From: an uncultured Candidatus Entotheonella sp.
GTDB taxonomy: Bacteria > Tectomicrobia > Entotheonellia > Entotheonellales > Entotheonellaceae
Reading direction: 5' to 3'
Length of the DNA stretch: 64,000 nucleotides
Assembly (NCBI GenBank): GCA_965215335.1
Contig: CBDCDA010000002.1
Location: 640,001 to 704,000, forward strand
Position 1 is the stretch's first letter. Every line of letters begins with the position of its first letter. The notes below the pieces were generated by a model. It was not told the origin of the DNA. It was given only the letters and a program-made list of their open reading frames with translations, and made no database searches. The position numbers and the translations under genes were made by a program. This document shows positions 50,921 through 60,881 of this stretch, in pieces.

Positions 50921-52765
50921 CTAACCTTCCACGGTCGCTACCGGCAAACCGGCCATGCACATGATCTTCAGCGCATTCGTCGTTGGGCAAGGTCCCGGAC
51001 GCAACCGGTAATCGAACACCATCCGACCGTCGCCGATCTCCTCCCGAAAATGGAAGTTGTGAATCCCCGGCACGTCCGCGGCCATGCCGACGAGCTCCAG
51101 GTCGTGGGTGGAAATCACGCCGACGCCGCGGCCTTTGGCAAGGGCCTCGATGTAGGCGCGGCTACCGGCCAGGCGCTCATGGTTGTTGGTGCCGCGGAAG
51201 ATTTCGTCGATCAGGTACAGCAATGGCGCTTCGTCCGCGGCGTTCAGGGCGGTCAGCAGGGCCTTGAGGCGTCGCACCTCGGCGTAAAAATACGAAATGC
51301 CGTCCGTCACCGAATCGGTGATCTGGATGCACGTGAACAGCCGCAGGGGCACGGTACGCAGTTCTTCGGCGTGCACCGCGGCGCCGGCGTAGGCCAAGCA
51401 CAGGTTGACCCCCAGGGTACGCAGAAACGTGCTCTTGCCCGACATGTTGGAGCCGGTGATGAGGGCGATGTCGCCCGGCGCGTCGAAGCTGAAGTCGTTG
51501 TGCACGCGCTCGGCGTCCGGCAACAGCGGATGCCCCAGGGCGCGCGCCTGCAGGACCGGTCCGTCCTGCGGCACAATCTCCGGAAAAACGTTGTCGGGGT
51601 GCAGGTAGCTGTGGGTAGCCAGGGCGCTCAGGGCTTCCAGGTCGTACCAGGTGTGAATCCACACCGGCAGCGTGGCCTTGGCCGACGCCTTATAGCGGTT
51701 CAGCCGGTTGGCGAAAAACAGGTCCCACGGCACCAGGACGTTCACTAGAAAGCCGAGCAGGTGGCTCTGTTGCACGCCGGCGGCGCCCGCGATGCGTACG
51801 ATCTTGCGCACCGACGCCGACGGCCGGCTGGCGGCGCGCCAATACGGCTCGCAGAGCTTGGCAAGGTGCGGCGTCTTGCCGTAAGAGAAGCTCTCCAGAC
51901 AGATCAGCACGGTGCGCAAGTGCCGCAGTACCCGTTCAAGTTGCCAGGCGTCGGAAAACAGATTGCGGGCTTCCCGGTGCTTGTAGGTATACAAGACCAA
52001 GTAGGCCAGCAGCGTCGCGGTCCACACAGGCGGCAGGTAGCCCGAGGCGTGCAGGGCCGCAAGCACGAGGTTGGCAAGCGCCAGCAAGCCGAGTCCCCAC
52101 ACCCACGGCGTCAATCGCGGTGGCGATTCCTCCAGAAGCCAAGCGACGATACTGTCGGCGGACCAGCGCGCCTGTGGCTGCGTGCCGAGCAGGAGGCCGT
52201 GCAGGTTGAGCCGATCACGGAAACGTGCGAACGGTATCAGCTCACGGACGATCCGCTGACGCTCGCGCACCGCCTCGGGGGTGTCCAGGGGGTTCAGGAG
52301 CCAGGTGCGCAACCGCGCGCAGCCGCCGTAGGAGGCGCTGGTGTCCAGGAGATGGTGCATGGAACGCGGGCCGAACAGGTTCAGGTCGACGGCGAAGGGG
52401 TGTTCCGGGTGAGGCGCCATGTCAGGCGGCTGCGGTATATTCGCCCAGTCGTGCGTCAGGCGCGCCACGTGGACGGACTTGATGCGCTTCCACACAGCGT
52501 GCCGGATGCCGCTGCGGCACACCCGACGATGCCAGACCGCGGCTCCCACGAAAGCGGCGCCAAACACGCCGAGGATGAGCCAGGCGAAACCGCCGCCAAG
52601 AAAGCGCTCGGCGACCAGCGCGCCGCAAATCCCCACCAACACCAGGACGGTCCGCAGCCGCGAGAAGTTCCGGCTCAGCCGATCCAGGCGCAGCAGGCGG
52701 CCGTCCAATCGTTCTACTTGACGTCGCAGCGCATCCAATCGGCGCTGGCTAGCGTATGAAATCAT
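50921..52765 (-). CDS. Membrane-anchored MutS-related ATPase (domain V, no mismatch-binding domain)
   Basis: Two TM hairpins; HPLL, ITGSNMSGKSTFLR, SYFYAE, LIDEIFRGTN, STHD. Confidence 0.88.
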   Translation of the reverse strand: MISYASQRRLDALRRQVERLDGRLLRLDRLSRNFSRLRTVLVLVGICGALVAERFLGGGFAWLILGVFGAAFVGAAVWHRRVCRSGIRHAVWKRIKSVHVARLTHDWANIPQPPDMAPHPEHPFAVDLNLFGPRSMHHLLDTSASYGGCARLRTWLLNPLDTPEAVRERQRIVRELIPFARFRDRLNLHGLLLGTQPQARWSADSIVAWLLEESPPRLTPWVWGLGLLALANLVLAALHASGYLPPVWTATLLAYLVLYTYKHREARNLFSDAWQLERVLRHLRTVLICLESFSYGKTPHLAKLCEPYWRAASRPSASVRKIVRIAGAAGVQQSHLLGFLVNVLVPWDLFFANRLNRYKASAKATLPVWIHTWYDLEALSALATHSYLHPDNVFPEIVPQDGPVLQARALGHPLLPDAERVHNDFSFDAPGDIALITGSNMSGKSTFLRTLGVNLCLAYAGAAVHAEELRTVPLRLFTCIQITDSVTDGISYFYAEVRRLKALLTALNAADEAPLLYLIDEIFRGTNNHERLAGSRAYIEALAKGRGVGVISTHDLELVGMAADVPGIHNFHFREEIGDGRMVFDYRLRPGPCPTTNALKIMCMAGLPVATVEG

Positions 52766-52930
52766 CGGGCAATCGGCCCCACTCCCCGGGAAAATGCCCC
52801 GGTTATTTACCGGCGCAGAGCTTGACAACCAAACCCGGGGGCATGTTGTAAAAGGGATCTGCAGCGGACCAGCTGTCGGGGCAAGATCGAGGAACTTGAA
52901 CGCGGTCCCATAGCCGCGCTCCGGCCTTGC

Positions 52931-54589
52931 CTAACCGCGGGTCAACCAGGCGAATTGCTGCGGCCGGCGCTTGGCCTCGGGATTGATCGTCACGTTAATC
53001 AACGTGGTCTCCCCGCTGTCGAACGACGCCTGCAACGCCGCCCGCAACGCCTGCGGGGTTTCGGCGTGGTAACCCTTGCCGCCGAAAGCCTCCATCACCT
53101 TGTCGTAGCGCGCATTGGGCACGAAGGCGTTGGGCGGATACGAGGCGCCCTCGGGCAGGCTGCCGGGACCGCCGCCGATGCCGTTGTTGTTGAACACGAT
53201 CCAGGTGATGGGCAGCTTGTGGCGTACCGCCACCTCGACCTCCAGGCCGTCGAAGCCGAACGCCGCGTCGCCTTCGAGGGCGATGACGCGCTTGTCCGGG
53301 TTGGCCACCTGCGCAGCAATGGCAAAGCCCGGCCCCACCCCCATGGTGCCCCAGGTGCCGGCGTCGAGGCGCTTGCGCGGCTCGTAGTTGTCCAGCACCT
53401 GACGGCTGATGTCCATCGTGCTGGCGCCTTCCGTGACGATGATGGCGTCGCGCGGCAGGAGCCGCTGGATTTCCTGCAGGGGCCGGTAATAGTTCATCGG
53501 CACCTCGTCCGACTCCAGCATCGGCACGGTGGCCACCTGCTTGACCTTCTTCTCCTTGTCGAGCGCCTGCCGCCACGCATCGGCGGCGGCTAGCTGCCAG
53601 GGATTCTCCTCCAGCTCGGCAACCATCTGCGCCATGACCACCTTGGCATCCCCCACCAGCGCGGCTTCGGCGGGAACCGAGGCGCCGATCTCCTCGGCGG
53701 CCACGTCGAGCTGCACCACCCGCAGGTCCTCGCGAAAGCGCGGCGGCAGGCCGAAGTGCATGATCCAGTTGAGGCGCGCGCCGATGGTGAACACGAGGTC
53801 GGCGTTCTGCAGGGCGTAGCTGCGCGCCGCCGCCACACTGAGCGGATGGCCATCGGGGATGACGCCCTTGCCCATCGGCGACGGCAGGAAGGGCATTTGC
53901 GTCTCTTCGATAAACCGCCGCACCTGTTCCTCCGCCCCGGCCCAGGCGGCGCCCTTGCCGATAATAGCCAGCGGCTGGCGCGCCGATTTCAGCGACGCCA
54001 GGGCCGCCTTGACGGCCGACGGGTCCACCTGCGGGGCGGGCGGGGTTTGCACCCGCGGCGGGTAGGTCAGGTCGTCTTCCTCCAGGCTGCTGGCGATCAC
54101 GTCGCCCGGCAGGTCGAGGTAAACCGGGCCGGGGCGTCCGGAGATCGAGTGGCGCACGGCGGCGGCGACGTAGCGCGGAATTAGGTCGATGCGCTCGGCC
54201 TGTCCCACCCATTTGCAGAACGGCTTGGCGAGGTCCACCTGCGGGGCGGCCTGAAAGTCGCCTAGGTGGTTCAGGGCCTGATTGGACGAACCGCCGATCA
54301 GCAGCATGGGCCAGCAGTTCGCCCAGGCGTTGCCGAGAGCGGAGATGGCGTTGGTCATGCCGGGGCCGGATACCACCAGGCAGGCGCCGATGCGGCCCTT
54401 GAGATACGAGATGGCCTGCGCCGCGTAACCCGCCGCCTGTTCGTGCCGCGTGCCGATGTAGCGGATGCCTTCGCTCGCCGCCGCTGCCGCAATGCCGGTG
54501 ACCGGGATGCCGACCACGCCGAACAACTCATCCACGCCTTGCTGCTTCAAACAGCGGGCAACCAGCCGCGCGCCATCGATTTCAGCCAT
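52931..54589 (-). CDS. ThDP enzyme, oxalyl-CoA decarboxylase / 2-hydroxyacyl-CoA lyase family
   Basis: FGVVGIPV, RHEQAA, LDAGTWGTMGVG, GDAAFGF...NNNG, C-terminal PQQFAWLTR. Confidence 0.9.
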   Translation of the reverse strand: MAEIDGARLVARCLKQQGVDELFGVVGIPVTGIAAAAASEGIRYIGTRHEQAAGYAAQAISYLKGRIGACLVVSGPGMTNAISALGNAWANCWPMLLIGGSSNQALNHLGDFQAAPQVDLAKPFCKWVGQAERIDLIPRYVAAAVRHSISGRPGPVYLDLPGDVIASSLEEDDLTYPPRVQTPPAPQVDPSAVKAALASLKSARQPLAIIGKGAAWAGAEEQVRRFIEETQMPFLPSPMGKGVIPDGHPLSVAAARSYALQNADLVFTIGARLNWIMHFGLPPRFREDLRVVQLDVAAEEIGASVPAEAALVGDAKVVMAQMVAELEENPWQLAAADAWRQALDKEKKVKQVATVPMLESDEVPMNYYRPLQEIQRLLPRDAIIVTEGASTMDISRQVLDNYEPRKRLDAGTWGTMGVGPGFAIAAQVANPDKRVIALEGDAAFGFDGLEVEVAVRHKLPITWIVFNNNGIGGGPGSLPEGASYPPNAFVPNARYDKVMEAFGGKGYHAETPQALRAALQASFDSGETTLINVTINPEAKRRPQQFAWLTRG

Positions 54590-54889
54590 GATGTGCTCCT
54601 GTCGGGAAATGAGAGAGACGCCTTCCCAATCTGCGTACCGCGCGTTTCGTCGTGGTACAATCGTGCCCTTGTCGGCAAGCGTTTCTGCGGGTTTGGGAGT
54701 GCGTGAACCAATTGAAGGGTATCGTGTGATGGGGCAACATCATACGTCAGCGCCGGGGTGGATGCAAACGAGCGCCAGGCGCCTCGAACGCTGCCCGGCC
54801 GGCGGGTCGTGAGCCGCCAGACCTGGGAGCACGTGTTATTGCCGCAACCAACGCCGCTGGCTCCGGTGGTTTCAAATAGGAGTTCCGTC

Positions 54890-55519
54890 ATGTGGCCGCG
54901 ACGCAACCGCAACCGGCAGGGCGATATGCGGACCGCTCGCCTGGCCATGGTGCGGCACCAGATCGAACGGCGCGGCATCATGGACGAGCGCGTCCTGCAG
55001 GCCATGCGCGAGGTGCCGCGGCACGCCTTTGCGCCGGCCAAACGGCGCCACGAGGCGTATGGCGACCACCCGATTCCCATCGGCGAGGCGCAAACGATTT
55101 CGCAGCCCTACATGATCGCCGTGATGATCGAGCACCTCCGGTTACGGGGCAGCGAGCGCGTTCTCGAAATCGGCACCGGTTCAGGCTATCAAGCCGCGGT
55201 GCTCGGCCGCCTGGCAGCCGAGGTGTATACGGTGGAGTGCTTCCCGTCCCTGGCCGCTAATGCCCGTCTCGTCCTGTAACGTCTCGGCTACCAGAACGTG
55301 CGGGTCGTGCAGGCCGACGGATGCCAGGGGCTCGCGGAGCAGGCCCCCTACCACGGCATCATCGTGGCGGCAGCAGCCTCATTCATCCCGGTGCCGTTGC
55401 GGGCGCAGTTGGGGGATGGCGGACGGCTGGTCATCGTGACCCGGCAAGGGGATATGTTCACAGAGGAAATAACGATGCCGTGCCAGTTCGTGCCGTTGCT
55501 GGGAGCGGAAGTTGAATGA
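54890..55519 (+). pseudogene. pcm: Protein-L-isoaspartate O-methyltransferase with premature TAA
   Basis: QTISQPY, VLEIGTGSGYQAA; TAA at 55277-55279; same frame resumes RLGYQNVRVVQADG...APYHGIIVAAA...FVPL. Confidence 0.88.
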
Positions 55520-55722
55520 GCTGCCGGGTAAGGAGATGGCGTTGCTGCCGCCCCCTTCCAAGAACCGTGCTTGCGGCGCTCTGGGAAACGATGCCGATCT
55601 CCCTTGCGGTGGCCGCACTCTACCTATCAGCCCTCAGTCACCACGTCTTGCTCCCACTGAAAGCCCCCAAGGTCATCACCCCCCCAGGTGCCCAAATTCC
55701 AGCACGATGCACGACGCGATTA

Positions 55723-55741
55723 GCTTGCACATAGCGCAAGC
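55723..55741 (+). promoter_or_regulatory. Putative HicB operator overlapping a -35-like hexamer
   Basis: Inverted repeat GCTTGC-N7-GCAAGC, 18 nt upstream of the hicA ATG. Confidence 0.5.
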
Positions 55742-55759
55742 ATCTGGTATCTAGACTCG

Positions 55760-56014
55760 ATGAACGGCAAGCACCGTAAAACCCTGGTCGCCGTCTTTGC
55801 CGACCCGGTGTCGGGCACCATCGAATAGGTGGCGGTCGAGGGCTTGCTTCTCGCCGCTGGTGCGCGGGTGATTGAGGGGCGAGGCTCACGAGTACGGTTC
55901 GAGAAAGATGGCGAGGTCGAAACGTTTCACCGTTCGCACCCCACCAGGGAAGCCAAACGCTATCAGGTCCGCGCCGCCCGCGCATTCCTGGAACGGATCG
56001 GAGTAACCCCATGA
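55760..56014 (+). pseudogene. hicA: HicA toxin with in-frame TAG at codon 23
   Basis: MNGKHRKTLVAVFADPVSGTIE*VAVEGLL...GRGSRVRF...FHRSHP; TAG at 55826-55828. Confidence 0.85.
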
Positions 56015-56343
56015 CCAATACCATGAGCTACAAGGGCTATTCGGCCCGGATTGAGTATGACGACGATGACGGCATCTTTCTCGGTCGGATCGCCGGCATT
56101 CGCGATGGCGTGGGCTTTCATGCGGATACGGTAGAGGGTCTGCGAGAAGCGTTTCACGAGGCCGTCGAGGATTATCTCGATACCTGCGCCAGGATCGGCA
56201 AAGAGCCGCAGAAGGCTTTTTCCGGCCAGGTGATGTTCCGTGTCAGCCCCGAGGTTCACCGCAAGGCCGCCCTTGCGGCCGAACTGTCTGGCAAGAGCCT
56301 GAACCAGTGGGCCGAAGAGGTGCTGGAGCGCGCCGCGAGTTAG
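56011..56343 (+). CDS. hicB: HicB antitoxin
   Basis: MSYKGYSARIEYD, AFHEAVEDYL, FSG..RVSPEVH, SLNQW; ATGA overlap with hicA. Confidence 0.92.
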   Translation: MTNTMSYKGYSARIEYDDDDGIFLGRIAGIRDGVGFHADTVEGLREAFHEAVEDYLDTCARIGKEPQKAFSGQVMFRVSPEVHRKAALAAELSGKSLNQWAEEVLERAAS

Positions 56344-56545
56344 AGTCAGTTGTCGCCATTTCGTCCAGAGCCAGCTCGCCCATTTCTGAAAATTCAGGAG
56401 CGGGACAACCTGGATCAGATCGAGAGGGAAATTCGCACCATGTTCCAGGCTCAGGATGCCGTGACGCCTCGCTTCCCTTTAGCGTTCTGCAGAAAAATGT
56501 GCGATTCCGACCGATCGGTAAAAGCCGCTGATTTTGTTGGAGGAA

Positions 56546-56875
56546 ATGATGGGTGAGTCCGCCAACATCCTGATTCCCATGCTAGCGGTAGGCGTCGCCT
56601 TGGGCGGGCTGATCCTGACGAGCAGCCGCGGACTGCGCCAGGAGATGACCCAGATGGAGACGCGGCTGCGCCAGGAGATGACCCAGATGGAGGCGCGGCT
56701 GCGGCAAGAGATGACGCAGATGGATGTGCGGTTGCGGCAGGAAATGGGCCATCTGCGGGAAGACGTGACGCGGCTGGGCGAGCGTGTGGCGCGGCTGGAG
56801 CACGGCCAGGCGCGGCTCGAAGGACTGCTGGAAGGACTGCGCGAGGCCATCACCGGGCGCACCGCAGCCAACTAA
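56546..56875 (+). CDS. Small N-terminally anchored coiled-coil protein, copy 1 (three 11-aa repeats)
   Basis: GGAGG RBS; hydrophobic ILIPMLAVGVALGGLIL; LRQEMTQMETR/LRQEMTQMEAR/LRQEMTQMDVR. Confidence 0.8.
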   Translation: MMGESANILIPMLAVGVALGGLILTSSRGLRQEMTQMETRLRQEMTQMEARLRQEMTQMDVRLRQEMGHLREDVTRLGERVARLEHGQARLEGLLEGLREAITGRTAAN

Positions 56876-56948
56876 GGGGCGGCAGCCCGGCTGTCGTTCC
56901 GAAGCTGCCTGTTCGCAACCCTGTGCCACGACTGATGTGCTGGAGGAA

Positions 56949-57245
56949 ATGATGGGTGAGTCCGGTAATATCCTGATTCCCATGCTAGCGGTAGGCGTTG
57001 CCTTGGGCGGGCTGATCCTGACGAGCAGCCGCGGACTGCGCCAGGAGATGACCCAGATGGAGGCGAGGCTGCGGCAAGAGATGACGCAGATGGATGTGCG
57101 GTTGCGGCAGGAAATGGGCCATCTGCGGGAAGACGTGACGCGGCTGGGCGAGCGTGTGGCGCGGCTGGAGCACGGCCAGGCGCGGCTCGAAGGACTGCTG
57201 GAAGGACTGCGCGAGGCCATCACCGGGCGTACCGCGACCGGCTAG
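56949..57245 (+). CDS. Small N-terminally anchored coiled-coil protein, copy 2 (two 11-aa repeats)
   Basis: Near-identical to copy 1, exactly 33 bp shorter. Confidence 0.8.
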   Translation: MMGESGNILIPMLAVGVALGGLILTSSRGLRQEMTQMEARLRQEMTQMDVRLRQEMGHLREDVTRLGERVARLEHGQARLEGLLEGLREAITGRTATG

Positions 57246-57321
57246 AGAACGAACCAATTACGACGAGCAGACCCTGTGGCGTACCTCTCGGGTGCTGATG
57301 CAAGCTCTGACATGAGAGGAT

Positions 57322-58305
57322 ATGTTGGCTGCTACGGCACCTTCCAAAAGAATCGCTGATTCAAGCGCGCAAGTAGAAACCCGGTGTCCGGCACCAAGAA
57401 CCGAACAAGCTATGCAACCAGAACTTTTCGCAAAAACATCCTCTGATGAAGTCGCTTCAGGAATCGACCCCCTAGAGCACCACATTCATCAGGCAACGCA
57501 GTCAGAAGACGACTTAACGAAGGAGATTGAGGACGCGCGGGCGAAACGGGATGAGGTGAGGAAACTCAAGAAGTTTCTTGAAAATCTTAATCGCTACCGG
57601 AAAGAAGATTGGTGCATTCACATCAAACAGCACTGCGAAAAAGAGAAGGATTTTCTATCACGTCTTCGCAAACAGCCACATCCGTCAATTTCTGACATTG
57701 AGGGTCTGTATCGGGACGCCAAAACCAGGGCTGATGAGCTTGTCAAGGCTCTCCCTGGCAATATCGATCGATCGGCACGGGAAGTCGGTCTCCTGCTGGA
57801 CCGCAGCCGGAGCCGCCATCCGCGGTATTACTTTGGGGGTCATGGGTTTATCGAGGTGCAGGTGAACGACAATCGACAAATGGCTCGCATCTCTACCCGT
57901 GAAGGGCGGCTGGCTGAGATACCGGCGGATGCACAGGCCATCATTGCGGCCGTGCAGGAGGAGGTAAAACGCCTGTTCGGACGACCCTTCAAGGGTGAAA
58001 AGTTCCTCAAGGACCTCCGCAGCGTATACGCCGCAATGCTCAAGAAAACAAAGTCCCGCAACGACGAACCGGTGCGCATTCGTGATGTCTTCGACGCCAT
58101 GACAAACCGCAAGCCCTATCGGAAATACAGGAAGGACGAGTTTCTGGTTGATCTTTCACGACTGGTCGAGAAGGGACCAGAAACAACCGAAGGCTATCGG
58201 TTTGATTTGCAGCAAACCAAGGATACGGAAAATGGCATGCTTCTTCTCGGTGCGGCGGGGCGGGGCATGGTGGATTTAGGTTCAGGACTCATATCCAGAA
58301 GATGA
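57322..58305 (+). CDS. Hypothetical protein, 3' end cut by IS5
   Basis: Long ORF, visibly lower GC than core genes; last codons come from the IS5 end; start may be 57412. Confidence 0.7.
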   Translation: MLAATAPSKRIADSSAQVETRCPAPRTEQAMQPELFAKTSSDEVASGIDPLEHHIHQATQSEDDLTKEIEDARAKRDEVRKLKKFLENLNRYRKEDWCIHIKQHCEKEKDFLSRLRKQPHPSISDIEGLYRDAKTRADELVKALPGNIDRSAREVGLLLDRSRSRHPRYYFGGHGFIEVQVNDNRQMARISTREGRLAEIPADAQAIIAAVQEEVKRLFGRPFKGEKFLKDLRSVYAAMLKKTKSRNDEPVRIRDVFDAMTNRKPYRKYRKDEFLVDLSRLVEKGPETTEGYRFDLQQTKDTENGMLLLGAAGRGMVDLGSGLISRR

Positions 58306-59121
58306 CCGTGGCAGCAAGGCAGATGGCACTGAAAAAGGTGTGCGCACACCGGTCATAGCGCGTGGCGATGCGACGCCAATCCTTGAGACGACCGAACAGG
58401 CGCTCGATGAGATTACGGCTCTTGTAAAGCTCCGTGTCGTAGACAATCGGCTCTTTACGATTGGCACGGCCTGGAATACAGGGCTTGATCTTGCGCTCGG
58501 CAAGCGCCTTGCGCAGCCGGTTGCTGTCATAACCCTTGTCGGCAATCAGCACGTCGGCCTCCGGCAATGCGGGCAGCGCCATGTCCGCCCCGCGATAGTC
58601 GCTGACCTGGCCCGCAGTCAACACCATGACGACGGGCTTGCCGTCGCCGTCGCAGACGGCGTGAAGTTTCGAGTTGAGGCCGCCTCGGGTACGCCCGATA
58701 TGACGCGGAAAAGCCCCCCCTCAAGCAGGCTGGCAGCGGTGCGATGCGCCTTGAGATGCGTGCTGTCGATCATGACGGTCTCGGTGGCCGTGCTGTCGGC
58801 GGCCAAGGTTTGGAAGATGCGGTCGAAGACACCGGCCTTGCTCCAGCGCACGAAGCGGTTGTAGAGCGTCTTGTGGGGACCGTAGCAGGCGGGCGCGTGG
58901 CGCCACATCAGACCGTATCGAATGACGTGGATGATGCCGCTGATGACTTTTCGGTCATCGACGCGTGGGACGCCCCGCACCTTGGTGGGTAGCAGGGGTT
59001 TCAGGCGGGCAAACTGCACGTCGGATAGCCAGAAGCAGTGATCGGGCATGATGAACCTCCTTATGAAGTTAGGGTCTTGAATCCTACATGATCAATGATA
59101 CCCTTTTATAGGTCCTGAGCC
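58279..59121 (-). mobile_element. IS5 family element (IS427-like, two overlapping ORFs)
   Basis: TIRs GGTTCAGGAC/GGCTCAGGAC flanked by TA on both sides; RVDDRKVISGI, IDST, ADKGYDS, RNLIER.F..LKDWRRIATRYD. Confidence 0.92.
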
Positions 59122-59133
59122 TAATCAGTGATG

Positions 59134-59820
59134 TTACGCGGCCTTGAGGAGTTGGAGTTCATCAAAGGCATGACGCACCGCCTTGAGATAGAGCCGGGTT
59201 CGTAAGGCCACGTGATTGAGCCGATGTTGCACACTGAGCCATGTCAGGCGACACGCAGCATAAATCGCCAGAAAACAATGATTGCTCTGCGTCCGTACCG
59301 TTCGGGTCGGCGACCTGGCTAGCGACGCATGGCTCTTGAGCGTCTTGTGATACGTCTCCACGTTCCACCGTTTCTGGTAGATTGTGACGATGCCTTCTGC
59401 GTCATGCTCGAGGTCGCTGCAAGCCAGATACAAAACCCCGCGGCTGCCGTCTTTGTTTGTAAAGACCTGGCGGACGAGGAGAACCGCAAAGTCCAGTCCC
59501 CTCAAGTAGCCGCGTACCGCTTGGCGTTCCGGCAAGTTCAGCGCCTCTGGGCGTGAGAAGTTTCCTTGGCGTTTGGCCTCGTAGCTCAAGGCCACCGTAC
59601 GGTTGGATTTCAGGGCGATGACGAAATGCTTGCCCAAGCCCTGGCGAATGAAGTTCAGGTTGTCTTTGGCTGAAAACCAACTGTCAGCCAGCACGTAGCG
59701 CCAGGCCAACTGATTGCGCTGGCACACAGCCAGCATGCGGCGCAGGTGTTCATTCTTCGAGCGGTTGCTTTTGCGCTTCAAGGTTCCCGTTTTCGCATCA
59801 CGGTAGACGATGGGTTTGCC
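59134..59820 (-). mobile_element. IS701-like transposase, 3' fragment cut by IS66 copy 3
   Basis: SKNE, YVLADSWF, ALKSNR, YQKRWNVETYHKTLK. Confidence 0.8.
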
Positions 59821-60622
59821 GTAAGCGTTCAGGGGGGCCAAGTGTGCAGGTATCTATTGCATGACGGCCCTATTATGGGCTACGGTCACACTCGTTTTTC
59901 GCTCTCCCGTTGCCCTTCTCAGGAAGTCCCGAATGGAACCGTCGATACCGCCTGAGTCGCTGTCGCAAACCGATTGGCAGCACACACCACCGGCTGTACA
60001 AGCCTGTCTCTTCACCCTGCACCAACGCCTGGCCCAACTCCAGGAACAAATCGACCAACTCCAAAAGCGCTTGCAACGCACGTCCAAGACATCCGACAAA
60101 CCACCCTCGTCGGATTCACCCTTCCAAAGACCTGTCAGCAAGCAAGACAAGCCCCCAGGCAAACGGGGCGCACGAATGGGCCATCCTGGGTCAGGCTCCA
60201 GATTGCGCCGTCCCACCGAGCGGCGGGCCATCCATCCCGGACCTTGTGCCTGCGGCCAGGGCGTACCTGGCCAGACAGCGCCGTATCACCTCCATCAGGT
60301 CATGGAGTTGCCACCCATGGCGTTGCACGTCACCCACTGGGTCTTGCACCAAGGCCGATGTTCAGGCTGTGGCCGGCTGCTCAAGGCCCGCCTCCCCAAG
60401 GCGCAGCAAACCGGCCATGGCCCGCGTCTGACGGCCTTGATTGGCGAACTCAGTGCCATGCACCACATCTCCCGGCGCGGCGTACAGGATTTCTGTCGCT
60501 CGGTGTTGGGTGCGCCAATCAGCCTGGGGGCGATTCAGCGTCTCATCGACCGTACCTCCCTGGCTATTGTGCCGCACGATGCGGCCATTGCTCGCTTGGC
60601 CCGCAAGGCACGGGTGGGCTAC
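59821..60622 (+). mobile_element. IS66 family element, copy 3, 5' half only
   Basis: Starts GTAAGCGTTCAG; matches copy 2 up to RVGY, then diverges. Confidence 0.92.
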
Positions 60623-60844
60623 ACGGTTTTGACCTTGAACAAGGCGATGATGAGAGCCGCCAGACAGGTGGTACGGGCGCGGTGCAGGCCAAAGGTGGAT
60701 TGGAGCAGGTCAGCGAGCATGGTAGAGTGCTTCATGGGTGTAACCTTCTGAGCCGTCAGGCGTTGGTGGATAGGCGTGATTGACCTGCCACCATAGGGGG
60801 TTACACCTTTTTTTCAACTAGTTAACGATTTTTGTCGTGTACAG
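60623..60844 (-). mobile_element. IS4-like element, 5' fragment
   Basis: Manual translation from 60735: MKHSTMLADLLQSTFGLHRARTTCLAALIIALFKVKTV; probable left end CTGTACACGACAAAAA at 60844. Confidence 0.6.
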
Positions 60845-60881
60845 TGCGAATTCTCAACCTCTGTCAACCGGGACGAAAAGC

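Noticed and set aside
52854..52910. GGGATC...GGTCCC-bounded segment as a tRNA or small RNA
   Set aside because: About 57 nt; no cloverleaf, anticodon arm or proper T-arm; upstream TTGACA has no well-spaced -10
55277..55828. Two nearby in-frame stops (TAA in pcm, TAG in hicA) as stop-codon recoding
   Set aside because: Different codons; TAA and TAG end many intact genes in the window; pcm also appears to have an internal deletion
56350..56556. Short ORF after hicB (KIQERDNLDQIEREIR)
   Set aside because: May be a gene fragment, but it has no credible start or assignable family
56633..56741. 33-bp repeats as a CRISPR array
   Set aside because: Tandem with no spacers, in frame within a coding sequence
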